Below, piece after piece: positions 12,170-24,830 of a stretch of 64,000 bases of DNA. A model generated the notes under the pieces. It did no database searches. It was not told where the DNA came from and saw only the letters and a list, made by a program, of their open reading frames with translations. Origin of the DNA: Xylographa opegraphella (Eukaryota); assembly GCA_022813865.1 (NCBI GenBank), contig JALDZX010000005.1:434001-498000 (forward strand), given 5' to 3'. Each line of letters begins with the position of its first letter. The stretch's first letter is position 1. The translations under genes and the position numbers were made by a program.

Positions 12170-14373
12170 TCAGGCCGCCGCGAATCGACTAGTCCCTCGT
12201 ATCCGCTTGCCGTATCTGAAGAACAGGTACCTGATCCGCCCTGTCAGCGAGAACGTGTGCTCAACGGCACCAACGGCTGCGAAACCACTCACGGGAACGG
12301 TGCCATGGCCAAGGTCAGGAATGCGAGCAGCGATGTCGCCCACTGGTATCCAAGCTTCTCGTACACTGCGTCGACCCGTTAGCTGCAAATCTCCCCCCTC
12401 GCACGCTCCATCGCGCCATGGCGCATGCTGGCCTACTTTGAATCCCAAAGAGCGGGAAGGCTGCGGCGAAGCTGCTCCTGGCGAAGCTATTCGCTGCTAA
12501 CGCCGAGGCCGCGTACAGAGGGTATGCATCGACCAGGAAGGTGAAGATACCGGAAAATACCAGCAGGATCCTGTCCGGTGTGTAATGTTAGCCCACGCTC
12601 GCCGGTCCTCTAGCTGGGCATGCATCACAGACCCTGTCCCGAACACTGCGCTCCCTATGATCGGCACAATCCAGTGGATCGAAGCATATCTACCCCAGCC
12701 GGCGTCAGCCATGCCTTGTATTACCTTAAAATGCTGGTCATCATCACATACGTGGTCCAACCAAACCAGAAGAGCCCGATTGTCACCAAGGGGGCGCCTA
12801 CGATCGCATGGGGTAATCGATACTCTGGCTCGGCCCCACCAGGCTCACCGCCTTGCGCTTCGCGTTGGGCGACCAAACGCTGGTAGTATCTGTGAAACCT
12901 ACGTAACAGGACGCCGCATTAGGATGGCGTGAGCAAAAGGGGCAGGTCTTCCCAACGTACCATGGGTCGGTGGCTATGCCAACTATCATTCCGATTAAGA
13001 TGCCCAGGAACGACAAGCCTATCTGCCACAGCTGAAAGCCATGATTGTCAGCAAACACGATATCGAACGCCCCAAAAAAAAGATACAAAACCCCTAGCAA
13101 GATGGCGGAGAAGATGCAGAGGTTCAGGCACATGGGCTCCAATGTCAGTAGCATGAAGGGCCTTGTGCACGATCTTAGGATGGTTTGGCTGATTGAACGG
13201 TCCATCACTTCGATAGGCGCTTGCCATCTCGCCTCTCCGGTCTCTTTTCGCAGCTTCCGAGCCTTGTTTCGGAGCAAAACCGGATGGTAGGTTTCGGGAA
13301 CTAGGAAGATGACGAGTCCCAACATAGCGCCCGACCATATGATGAGGACATAGAACGACCATCGCCTAGAGGATAATCAGCCTCCAAGCAAAGATGCCCC
13401 CCTTAACTACTGCGTCAAGCCATACCAGTTGGTATACTGGTTGATAAAGCCACCCATGATTGGACCTGACGACGTTAGTCGTTAGATGCGCCATGCCACC
13501 AAAGGTATCGCACCTATCTCCGGTCCCAGGCTACGACGTTGTTAGCAGTCTCGGTCAAGCTCTCCGATGATGCTAACTTACAATGGACTTGCAGTGTAGA
13601 TCAGCATCGGTGCCTGCAAAGCGTCCCTAGCAAAGAGATCGCCCACCGTCCCGCCGGCGACACTCAAGAAACTTGCCCCGGCCAGTCCGTCGATGAATCG
13701 ACAAATTAGCATGGTCTGAATGTTCTGCGCCACCGCGCATGGGATAATCCAAATGAGGAAGAAAATGAGAGAAACGATATAGATTGGTCGGCGACCATAG
13801 AACTGTGGAAATTAGTCCCCTCGAAAGATACAAGATCGGAGAGTAACATCCATACTTCTGAGAGCGGTCCGAGCACCATGGGTCCCATGCCCAAGCCGAT
13901 GACGAAGAGCGATAGGCCAAGAGTTGCGACGATTTGAGAGCATTCGAATTCCACCGTGATCTGGCTATATGTCGATGTGTATAGAGATGATGTACAAGTG
14001 CTGAATTGGACTGATTAGTATAAATCCCACTTGGTGCCCACAAGGGTGCTCATCACACTCACACGCAGAGTGAGCTCCCAGACACGATTAGAACTATGAG
14101 CCACTTCCGTCCTGTGCTCATACTTCTTGGATTCATTGGGTCGTTGTCTCCGTCCCAGGACACTTCGAAGTGCTTCTCTGATTCTCTGACGTCTTTGCCT
14201 TCGTCTCCTTGGCGTTTTTCCTCGTCGGAGACATCGCCACGAGGGTTTGAGGGTTCCAGCCGTTCAATGGATCCTGGCTGCAGAGCGGCAACTTTTTGGC
14301 TGTCCGGGGCATCTTGCTGGTTTTCTTTGCTTTCATGCTCTGCCAAAGTTGTCTGGGACTGTTCGCCCGACAT
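12170..14373 (-). CDS. MFS drug:H+ antiporter, DHA1 family (multi-exon)
   Basis: WDGDNDPMNPRSMSTGRKW, LGLSLFVIGLGMGPMVLGPLSE|FYGRRP, PETYHPVLL, FLVDAYPLYAASALAANSFARS, KLGYQWATSLLAFL and FFRYGKRIRGTSRFAAA*; many short GT-AG introns including a 17-nt microexon at 13514-13530. Confidence 0.92.
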
Positions 14374-15708
14374 GATCCGTCACCGTTGAACCAGACTACT
14401 TTAACAAGATCTAACTTTTGTACACAGAAATGGCTGGCAGTATATCTTCTGAAACGGCCGATTGAATGATATAGTTTGTACCCTACAGAATATTGTAGGG
14501 AGCTCAAATCGTAGATAAATCAGATAACCCCAAGTAACTTATTCAGCCTCCAGTTGTTATACACCGGAAAGCTTTAATTCCAGAGGCTTATCCACAATGC
14601 TGCAAATGCGCTATGCTTATCAATCCTAAAGGCAAAAGCGGAAAGACAGCGGCCAAAAAGGGCAGAATCCGCGCAAGGCAACTAGCGGGCCAGTCGTAAA
14701 AAAACCAGCTGAATAATAACAGCTAAGAACAACTCCGTTAATTATTGCGTCTGAGATATCTTGCTCTGAAATGGTAGCATAAGAATGCTCAAACGTGCGT
14801 ACACTCCAACACGTCCCCCATGAAATATTTTGCGCCATGATGTCAAAGGTCCTTCCACCCAAAACGGCTCCTTGCACCGGCACAGCCAGACGTCATCCAG
14901 AAAGCGATCTAGCGGCTGCAAGCGAGCGAAGCTTTGTCACCAGTCCGCTTAGAGATTAGTTGCCGCTCCTCCCGGGCCCGCGAAGCTGGGATTCAAGCGA
15001 GATCACGTGCAAGTGAACCCTTGCATTCTCCGAGCCGGGATCAGGTTGTATCTTTCCACACAACCACATCTGAAAGTTTTGCTGAAGCTCGCGCTTGGAA
15101 GGGTTGCGTCGACCCGAAGAAGTTGCGGTGAGAAAAAGAAGATTCAAACTCTACACGGTAGTCTGTGCCAAGGACACGGGACTCGGGAAAGCCAAATAGG
15201 TTTCCTGGTAAAACGACACGACAAACTCTCTGTCTCTTGTCTTTACCAAGTTGAAAACATAACTCTTCACCGCCAGCGTGGCTCATCCCAGCATTGTGGA
15301 GAAGCCGTTTCCACGGGGAGCAAAGTTTGAAACGCCCCGAGACCTTGGCCGCCAGATCAGATACTTTCCACGCAATGGGACCTCTTCCGATTCGATACCC
15401 TTTGTTTAGCATCTGTACGCTGAGCTCAGTGCACTTCCAACCGAAACTCTCCACAGTATCTTCAAGCTAACACAGTATTTTCTGACTAAATCCCACGTGC
15501 ATGTGGCAAGCCAGATCTCAAACCCAATGACGAAGGCCCTCCGAGCCGCAACATTGACGTCACGGCCCGGATGATTCTCAACCCAGCGTTTCCCTTCTAT
15601 CAAAACACTTCCTCCAAGCCTACCAACCACCAAAAACCCAAACCCCCTTCAACCAAGCAATTACCCAAACCCAAACCGCCACAGCCCCCCCCGGCAGCCT
15701 CCCAAAAA

Positions 15709-16383
15709 ATGGCCGACAAAGCCGGCATCAACCGCTCCCTCTCCACCATCCGCACCGAACTCGAGTACCTCCGCGACTCGGGCGTGCTGAATCCCGCACA
15801 ATTCAACTCCATCTTCGCGCAACTACCCGTAAGCCCGCAAAACACAGAACCCCCCCGACCTCGCAATTTCCCCTATCCTCCTCCCCCCTCCACCACCAAA
15901 CCTCCAAAAAAACCGCAAACTAACGCCCCCTTTTCCCCCCTTTCGCCCCCCCACAGCAACAAGGCGGCATCCCTTCTCAATACATCGACCCGCACTACGG
16001 CGGCCCGCAGATGATGAACCCGGGCGCTATCGCGCAGCAGGCGCAGGACCCGGCCAGCCCGGCGAACCCGGCGCACCCGAATGTACGTTTTTGCTCCACG
16101 TCCAAAAAACCCCTATAACCACAAGAATCCCGGTTCCCACGCGTAGCGGTGATCGGGTGGGTGAGTGCTTGCTGTTGGGAAGGGGGAGGCGTGGATGGGA
16201 GGGAGGGAAAGGGAGGGTGGGGGGGGGGGGAATTTGGGATAGGGCCAGAAGCCAAGGGACACGAGGCTGACCGCACAATAGCATCACGCGTGGGTGAAGA
16301 GCTTCGCCTCGCGGCTCGGGCAGGCGGCAACGTTTGGGGCGGGCGCGACGATGGGCTCGGACTTGGTGAATTCGATTGTCTGA
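15709..16383 (+). CDS. Pin3/Lsb1-like small protein lacking the SH3 domain (3 exons: 15709-15828, 15957-16082, 16282-16383; 115 aa)
   Basis: N-terminus INRSLSTIRTELEYLRDSGVLNPAQFNSIFAQLP and C-terminus KSFASRLGQAATFGAGATMGSDLVNSIV match the termini of fungal Pin3/Lsb1 proteins. Two phase-0 introns (GTAAGC..CTAAC..CAG; GTACGT..GCTGAC..TAG). Confidence 0.8.
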
Positions 16384-16609
16384 TGTGGTGTGGAAATGGG
16401 GGTTGTGTGTGGAGGAGAAAGAGGGGACGAAGGAGGGTGGGGGAGGGAGGAGGAGGAGGAGGAGAGAGCTTGTGGACTCCCGGTGGTGTGATTCATAGTG
16501 GACAAAAGAATGGCCGGAGGAGGCATGGTTGACAGTGTGTAGCATGAGCGGCGAAGGCGCTTGCGAGATACGTAGAACGCTGGTCAATACTGTGCAGGCC
16601 GCCCGATCT

Positions 16610-18320
16610 TCAGAACGGTCCGTTGTGAAAGCTGTGTATTATTGGAAGACGAAGGACGAACCGAAAGCATTGCAGTCTATGATATCGAACCAATGGAATG
16701 TAGGAAATGTAGAAAACAAGAACACCTGGCAACAGACCGAAAACACGATAACAAACAGAGTCCCCATCCACCAAACCACGTTCCCACCTCACCAACACTG
16801 CAGTCTTCATGTCGAGCACATTGGGACTCGCACTTGCAGCTCTGGGGCTTCTGGTTTCAATTGTCCGAAGCACAGCCCTCTCTTGTGGTGAGATATACTT
16901 AGGAGCGTCAGGATGGTCTCTCTTCCGATGCTTCAACATATCCATCTTCCTGAAATATCCCTTGCCCCCTATCTTGGGACAATGAGCTACGTCGCAGGGA
17001 AATTCCGACTCGTCGTGAATCTCACGCATATGCTTCATGTATACTGCTCGAGTTTTGAACGCCAGCTGTTCTTTTTGATTTTTCCGAGAGAGTAATTTCA
17101 CCTGCTCCAAGCTTTGATAAAAAGGCCATTGCAAATACGGACAGCCGTATCCCGTTTCAGAGTATGCAGAGTACCGTGTTCCGACATCGATGTGGCGATA
17201 GTTCCGAATATGTTGTGTCAGATGATCTTTCCTTCTGAACGCCTTCTCTCCCCGGTGATGTCTGCAGAGATTGCAGGGAAATCTGGCACTTTCGGGCGTA
17301 AAGTTCTTCAGATGACGTTTGAGGTCGGCAAATCGTGTAAATACGTTCTCACATTTGCATCTACAAGCCTCATGACCTGTTTTTCGGACGTGCGCATCAA
17401 GCTGCTTACCATTTTTCACAATGGCACCACACTCGTGACAGACTAGTCCCCAAGTGGACACGGGAAACCCATGCTCCACATCTTCAGCTTCGGTTGATGA
17501 GACTTTCTGCTCAAATTTGGAAGCAGCTCTATCATCACGTTCGACATGCTTAGGTTCCAATGCAGTAACATTCAATGAACTTGAATTTCCCGGCACAGGA
17601 ATATTGACGCCCCTTGACCAAGTCAGCCCATACAAGCATGTACGATTGAATTGGAACAACTAACACTGTGGGTCTTTCAGAAGCGCTGTAACGTTTCATC
17701 ATTGGAGGTCTTGAAAAGTTTGTGCCGTTGAAAGCTATATCCAAGTTGGCAGTGTCCGGAGGCGTCCCCAGTAGCCAGCACGAAGAACCTTGATATGATA
17801 CATATCGAGAGGAGTTGGACTCATCCACTGGTACGCTCATGAAGCCCTTAGTAGTGTCAATGGGTTCAGTAAAATGACCATATGTACTATGCGTGAGAGC
17901 AACAACGTCATTCGACCGCTGAATGTTAGGTGAGCTTGTCCACAAGTCGTTCTCAGAACCTGACCGATATGCGCCCCATGAAGATTGACCGATTGTGTTT
18001 TGAGCATACCTCGGTGGTGACCCAGAGCCAATACTTTCGGCAGGAAAGCTGTACTTGTCGTAATCGACTTTCAAATAGGCATCAGGTAAAAAAGCATATA
18101 GTCCAGCCAGACTGAACTCCCCTTGAGTGTTTGTAACCGTAGGATTTGCTCTAATTCTGTGCGGACCATACCCGCCCTTTTTGTTAGCAAGTGCTAAAAA
18201 AAAACTCACTCGGACCAAAGCCCCATCTCATCCAATGGAAACAGCTGGCCAAAATCTGACACGTCAGGGTAGAGCTGCAGACCGGCAGCATCGAAAGACA
18301 GCTGACGCGGTGATTGAGAC
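16610..18320 (-). CDS. Multi-C2H2 zinc-finger protein, possibly degenerating
   Basis: CHECG...HVRKTGH, CNLCRHH...HLTQH and CDVAHC...HRKRDH fingers. Intron 17664-17613 (GTTAGT..GCTGAC..AAG) joins ORFs 17550-18218 and 16610-17659 in frame. Some ligand positions look substituted and the 5' exon cannot be joined cleanly. Confidence 0.65.
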
Positions 18321-19552
18321 ATTTCCACAGAAAAGCAGCGTGCAGTTCCGCGAGACTGAAGCCAGGAAAATGGTGCAGTCCGCAAGCTTTTCTTGGTGGA
18401 CAACCTCGAGGGAGAGCAAGTAGACTTATGGCGCGACCGAGGAATCTCTTTGCCGCTTTAACGATGCAACACAAGCTTCGCAATATCAGGCATCAGAGCA
18501 CAAACAGGGCGCTCGCAAAAACAGGGCGGGTGGGAGCGCTTTTGGGGATCTATTGGTCCATATCATCCAGTGGCTTGCTTAGTGGATATTGATTGCAGCA
18601 GCGCGGAAGTCCTCCAGGGGACTGTATGCAGAATGTACAGGGCCAGAGCGGCTGGATTGGAAGAGAGGACGTTGGTGCTGCTCATGTGATGCTTGATCAG
18701 GCTGTGCCTCGAGAGACATTTTGAGGCGCAGTGGTTTCGTTGCCAAAGAGGGCGCCACACCAAAGATCGTTACGATGTCCTAGCCTAAGGATCTCGGGCC
18801 GGGAGATATGCCGGCATTAAACTGTCACGATGTCTAACTTTAAACCATCTAGTAGGTAACTTGGCCACGAAGCGAATTAGCTAAACGAGGTCTATGTATT
18901 CTACCGTCGTATCCCAGGAGTCCGTTAGATATTCATTGTCAGGAAGATTCGGATATTCCCTTTACTCTGCAGCGATCAAACCAGCAGCCCAACTCCTGGG
19001 TGGACACTTTGTGAGTTCCAAAATCTGTTTATACCGACATAAGATCAGTTTGTAGATCAAGAACGAGTTTGATCCCTAAACCGGAGCTCGAGCGTGCCAT
19101 AAGTCGCCGCTTCTTATCCACGGCGGGTTCGATAACACACTATTTACTCGAGTTGGCTGAAGTTCTGCATTGGAATAATATCATCCTCCGTCTTTTACGG
19201 CTCTGATACTTCGCATAAGATTCAGCCTCGCAGATGAGGCCCCTTCAGACGACCCAAACCCGTTTATCATGTGCTAGCTACCGTCGTGGAGGCGCGAATA
19301 TGATCGGTAAATCGCTATCTACATTGCTTTATAGCAGGTGACCACGACGTACTGAGTGACCTATTCCTCGTAACGTGCTGCTTGCGTTCAACTCGGGGCC
19401 TGCAATTTGCGGCTTTCATCATCGCCGTTCTATGAGTCTTGGAGAGAAGCATGGTCTCGTTGATGTATACGACGACTTATGTAGAGAGACTTAATTCGCT
19501 CTGGTTTCTGTAATCAGAAATACGTCCTCCATAGACTAGATATTTCTCATAT

Positions 19553-20257
19553 CTACCTTAGAAGCTCTCGTATCTCGTTCATCCTGCTCCGCTGTCGTTG
19601 CTGTGCATCGAAATTGCCATCTTCCAGCCACTTCTCAAACACCTTCTTGCACATTGGCCACTCAGTATCGATCATAGATAACCAACAAGTGTCTCGATTC
19701 TTTCCTTTTACAATCTGGTGTTGTCTGAATGTCCCTTCGTAGCTAAATCCAAACCTCTCTGCGGCCTTTTTGGATAGCACATTGGAAGAATCGCACTTCC
19801 ACTCCAGTCTTCGGTAGTTCAGCTTCTCAAATACAAGTTGACCGAGAAGAAAGACAACCTCCGTCGCCGCCCTTGTCCTTTGAATCTGCATGCCGAACAA
19901 GACCCCAAGTTCGATGACCCGATTAGTGAGCTGCGGTCCGATCAAACTGGCAATACCCACCGCTTTGCCTTTACTCAGTCCGGAACGCAGAACAATAGCG
20001 TAGAGTATTAGCTCCTCGCTCTTTTCAAGATATGGGCTTAGCCAGCTAGCGAAGTTTGAATACGTCGTGAATGGCCCGTCACTGACCCAGGTCCAGATGT
20101 CGTCGTGGGATCCTACGTTCTCGTAAAGGTCGGGTAAATGCTTTTGCACGATACGTTCCAGTGTCACACGGTGACCTGTTAAGGGCTCAAATCCGGGGAT
20201 CAGGGCAGGATTGGTGTTTGACACGACCGCTCCGAGGGTAAGAGGATTGTTCGCCAT
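19553..20257 (-). CDS. GNAT N-acetyltransferase, RimJ/RimL-like (intronless)
   Basis: LQRTRAATE-type motif (IQRTRAATEVVFLL), YRRLEWKCDSSNVLSKKAAERFGFSYEGTFRQHQIVKGKNRDTCWLSMIDTEWP. Confidence 0.9.
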   Translation of the reverse strand: MANNPLTLGAVVSNTNPALIPGFEPLTGHRVTLERIVQKHLPDLYENVGSHDDIWTWVSDGPFTTYSNFASWLSPYLEKSEELILYAIVLRSGLSKGKAVGIASLIGPQLTNRVIELGVLFGMQIQRTRAATEVVFLLGQLVFEKLNYRRLEWKCDSSNVLSKKAAERFGFSYEGTFRQHQIVKGKNRDTCWLSMIDTEWPMCKKVFEKWLEDGNFDAQQRQRSRMNEIRELLR

Positions 20258-20594
20258 GTGGGGAAGTAAGGGAGGTCGAGTTGAATATTCAGAGTCGAAA
20301 TACGATAACGCTCAGCGAGAACGGACGAGGTTCACATAGTCGACGGAACCTGATGACAGAGCATAGTATGCAGATGTGTCATGCTGCGCAAGCGCTGCAC
20401 GTGACCTTTAAGATAAAGCTTAACTGATTCAGGACAAGTGGATAGAATAGTATGGGTGAAGCTGGTGTAAAGAAGTAAGGTATGCTACCATGTCTGAGAT
20501 CAGTTGCAAACTTCAACTGCTCATAGGCCATTATTGTAAGACTGTAGTTGGTATTATAAGCTAGTGTTGATAGTGAATGAATAGTGATGGACAT

Positions 20595-20860
20595 ACATAA
20601 TTAATTCCACAAAATCCCTCATACACCACCCAGGTAAGCAGCTGTGTGACCACCGTGGTAACAGAGATATCGGAAGTGATGCGAGCTTCGTAGTTGATGA
20701 TGTCCAGGTCGTAAGGAAGCTTTTTGCGGCTCTCGCCACCGTAGGCAGCTTAATGATGAGTTGCTGTAGATACAGGAAACATTGGTATGAAGACCTAATA
20801 GAATGACTCAGAGATGCCAGCCGAAGGAACCAAAGTCTCGTAGTCGGAAGATGATATTTG
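20595..20860 (-). pseudogene. Possible stop-interrupted gene relic
   Basis: One minus-strand frame reads SDYETLVPSAGISESFY*VFIPMFPVSTATHH*AAYGGESRKKLPYDLDIINYEARITSDISVTTVVTQLLTWVVYEGFCG and ends at a GTATGT donor; AT-rich context. Confidence 0.3.
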
Positions 20861-21864
20861 CGTGGGTAGACCAAACCTGAGCATGGTACCATCTCCGTTC
20901 CGACCCTACAGTGTGAGATTGCGGCAGATCAGAGAAATGTTACCACACCAAACTTCTGTTTCTTATTGTTCGTGATCACCAGCCAAACCACTAGTAGCAC
21001 AGAGACTCTTGCCATAATAGCATAACATTGTTTGGTTTATACTACACGCTTGTGTCTGACAGGTGCAGCTATTGCCATGGCTGACCATCTTACCTTGTGA
21101 CACGGTTGTGCGGTAGTAAGTATTGGTAAATCCGTGAAGTTCTCCCATCGAGACACTATAGAGGGTAACATCAATAACTATTGGCTCAAACTGCTGGCAC
21201 ATAACGTATACCTTCCCACCATATGTGATAATGTTGCATCTCACAAAATACGTAAGCAATAAAACTTAGAGATTCTGAAGACTGAAACGATGAAAGGAGC
21301 GAATGCCACGCACATGGCAAAGACAGGACACGATTACAGCGACCATTGTTCAAGGACCACTTTATATAAAGAGCCTAGTAGCCAATAGCTGCAGCCACTA
21401 CTTCTGTGATCAGCCGAGGCGATCAAGATGTACCATACAGGGACTAGATGTGCAAAACACATAAAATAGGAGAAGTTGTTTGCCAATTAGAAGTCAGATC
21501 TCTTGCCTTGATCTAGCCTAGCTCGATCTCTTAGCTCAGAACTAGCGCGAAGGGCCGCTCTTACTTCTTGCCGAGATTTAGGGCTTTAAGTTGGCCGATT
21601 TATATCCATTTACATTTTCTACTAAGACGGTGAGGATTAGTTACCCTTGATCAAAATTGTGAGACTTCTATTTTCCGAATATTTTAAATCTTCAAAGATA
21701 TCAGCTTCACGATACTCAGGCCTGCGAAAAGAGTAAATAAGATTGCGCACACTCACTGTTGTCAACAATTTTCGCTTGTTTCTTTTGTATCCCAAGTCTT
21801 ACCAGCAGAATGAGGTACTCTTATAATTGACCAGGGTTTGGCTGCAAATTCTGCGCTCTTAGTC

Positions 21865-24485
21865 ATGCCAGAGCGTGTCCACCACCGGTTCGAGGATGTT
21901 TCCCCCCCAGCGAAAAAAATAAAGACTTCCGCTGTGACGGAGTCAGATCGGTCTATACAAGAACAGAATACTTCAAAAGACTCGCCTTTTCCCGAGAGGT
22001 CCCTTAATGTCGAGAACGACTACGGATCTCGAAACGGCAAAGCACACTATCCAAAGGCCCAGCCTTCGCGAGGTACCTCCAACTTGAGGGACAAATCTAC
22101 TGCCCTTCTGCGGTTTCGCAAGGAACTGCCTATATGGAATCACGCGAAAGAAATTCGCCAAAGTCTGAATTCGAAGGATGTCTTGCTCCTGGTGGGAGAG
22201 ACTGGAAGCGGGAAAAGTACCCAGGTACCTCAATTTCTGATCGACGAGCCATGGTGCAGGCCCCTGTCGGTCGTGATCTCGAATGGCGAGAAGCAACAAA
22301 CCGTGAGGGTTGGCGGCTGTATTGCTATCACAGAGCCACGAAGAGTCGCGGCTATTACCCTTGCACGAAGGGTGGCTGAGGAAGTGGGCACCCCTCTGGG
22401 CTCTGCGTCCCCAGCGAGCAAAGTCGGATACTCTGTTCGGTTCGATAATTCTACTTCTCCCAGTACTCGGATTAAGTTCCTTACGGAAGGAATGTTGCTG
22501 CAGGAAATGCTACGAGATCCTTGGCTGAGGCAGTACAGTGCTGTCATTGTGGACGAAGTTCACGAAAGAGGCGTCAATGTGGATCTGGTGATGGGATTTC
22601 TGAAAAACATCGTCTCCGGAGATAAGGAAGGGAGAGGTGGTTTGCCGCTTAAGGTAGCCGTGATGAGTGCTACCGCTGATCTGGAGGGCCTGCAGAAGTT
22701 CTTTGATGACAAGCATGACTGGGCTCTTCATCGGGAAGTTCGCAAGGCCTGTGAAAAAGTGGATAGCATGTCCACGAAAAAGACTGAGGGTGGGGAGGAC
22801 GAGGATTCGGAATGGTCTGGTATCGCTTCAGGTGACGACGAGGACACGAGTGATCTGCATCGAGACTCAGACCATCAAACCGGTGAAGGAATATCCACAA
22901 AAGATTTACCCAATGGCAAATCCAAGCCGAACGGCTCCCAACCTGGCCACAAGACAACGACAGAACCACGCACTCCTTCTCCACTCCCAGCAAAACCCCC
23001 ACCAGACTCACCCCACGTCTCCGTCTGCCACATCTCCGGCCGCCAACACCCCGTGCAAAGCATCTACAGCCCTCACCCGGTCCCCGACTTCGTCGACGCC
23101 GCCCTGCGCACCATCTTCCAGATCCACTACAAAGAGCCTCTCCCAGGCGACATCCTCGTCTTCCTCACGGGCCAGGAAAGCGTGGAGACGCTCGAGGGTC
23201 TCGTGCGCGAGTACGCACTCGCCCTCCCGCCCAGCGTGCCCAAACTGCTCATCCTGCCCCTCTTCGCCGCCCTGCCCCAGCCGGCGCAGCAGCTCGTCTT
23301 CCAGCCCACGCCGCCGCGCACGCGCAAAGTGATCCTGGCCACCAACATCGCCGAGACGTCCGTCACCGTCGCGGGCGTGCGCTTCGTCGTCGACTGCGGC
23401 AAGGCGAAGGTCAAGCGCTTCCGCGCCCGCCTCGGCCTCGACTCCCTGCTCGTGAAGCCCATCTCCCAGTCGGCCGCCATCCAGCGCCAGGGCCGCGCCG
23501 GCCGCGAAGCCGCCGGCAAATGCTACCGCCTCTACACCGAGCGGGACTACCTCGCCCTCGCGCCCGCGCCCACGCCCGAGATCCTGCGCTGCGACCTCAG
23601 CCAAGCGATCCTGACGCTCAAGGCCCGCGGCGTGGACGACATCCTGGCCTTCCCGTTCCTGGACCCCCCGCCGCGCGACGCGCTTGAGAAAGCGCTGATG
23701 CAGCTCTTCCAGCTCGGGGCGCTGACCGACGCCGGACGCATCAACGAACTCGGGCAGCAGATGGCGCGGCTGCCGCTCAGCGCGCCGCTCGGCCGCGTGC
23801 TGCTCGCGGCCGCCGAGCCGGCGATGGACTGCCTCGGCGAAGCGATCGACATCATCGCCTGCCTCAGCGTGGAGAACGTCTTCCTGGCCCTGACGACGGA
23901 GGAGTCGCACGAGCGGGCGGAGAGCGCGCGCCGCGCCCTGCGCCACCGCGAGGGCGACCACCTGACGCTGCTGGCGACGGTGCGCGCGTACGCGGCCGAG
24001 AAGGCGGACCGCAAGGCCTGGGCGGAAAGGCACTTTGTCTCGCACCGCGCGATGCAGGCCGTCATGGTACGCTTACCTCCCCCCCCCCCTCCCCCTCCTC
24101 ATTAAACCACATCCCCCACACGCACTAACCCCGCCCCCCGCTTCACCCACAGGACGTCCGCAAACAACTCCTCGCGCAGACGGCGCACCTGTCCCCAGCC
24201 CCACATCCCAGCACCCAGTCCAAACCCACCAATCCCCCCACCCCCTCCACCATCCTGCGCGCCTTCCTCCGCGGCTTCGCCGCCCACACGGCGCGCCTCA
24301 GCCCGGACGGCAGCTACCGCACGCTGCAGGGTCAGCACGCGGTGGCCGTCCACCCGACGAGCGGCCTCTTCGGCCACCGCGTCGAGGCAATCATGTACCA
24401 TGAGTTCGTGTTCACGAACCGCAGCTACGCGCGCGGCGTCAGTGCCGTGCAGATGGATTGGGTGGCCGAGGTGTTGGGGGTTTAA
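21865..24485 (+). CDS. DHR2: DEAH/RHA ATP-dependent RNA helicase, DHR2/DHX33-like (intron 24067-24152)
   Basis: GETGSGKST, TEPRRVAA, DEVHER, MSAT, ATNIAETSVT, QRQGRAGR, HA2 region (EGDHLTLL) and a spliced OB-fold tail (VHPTSGLFG..IMYHEFVFTNRSYARGVS) ending TAA 24483-24485. Confidence 0.88.
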
Positions 24486-24830
24486 GGAAGTGATATGCCT
24501 GGAGGGGTGGGGGTTGGTGGGGGGTGATGTTGGTATGATGGGAGTTTTTGGTTAGGAGGATGGTAGGGAAAGGTGTCGGGAAAGAGAGGACGTGGAGCAT
24601 GAGGTATCGGCTGCGAAGGAGTCGTTGGACGACGGTGCGCAAGGGGATGGGAATCATAGCTCCATCACATTAAAGTATCCCTACGCCCACTGGTACAAAT
24701 TCAAAGACTCTTTGCGGCACAAGCGTCTCGCGTATGATTTCGGCATGAACCAAAAGACCACCTACACTACCATCAAGCACGCCACCGAACCCTCCCAACC
24801 CCCGAAGAGAAGATGCCAAAAATGCCCCAA

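Noticed and set aside
11281..12170. G and C runs around the N gaps as possible telomeric or element ends
   Set aside because: No TTAGGG arrays or terminal inverted repeats; more likely sequencing dropout at homopolymers.
21640..21790. RRPE-like AATTTT motifs upstream of DHR2
   Set aside because: Partial matches in AT-rich DNA; not distinguishable from chance.
23008..24065. Long antisense ORFs (345 aa, 172 aa) opposite DHR2, and similar ones opposite FMN1, the SDR gene and APC2
   Set aside because: Shadow ORFs expected from extreme GC3 bias; no domain features.
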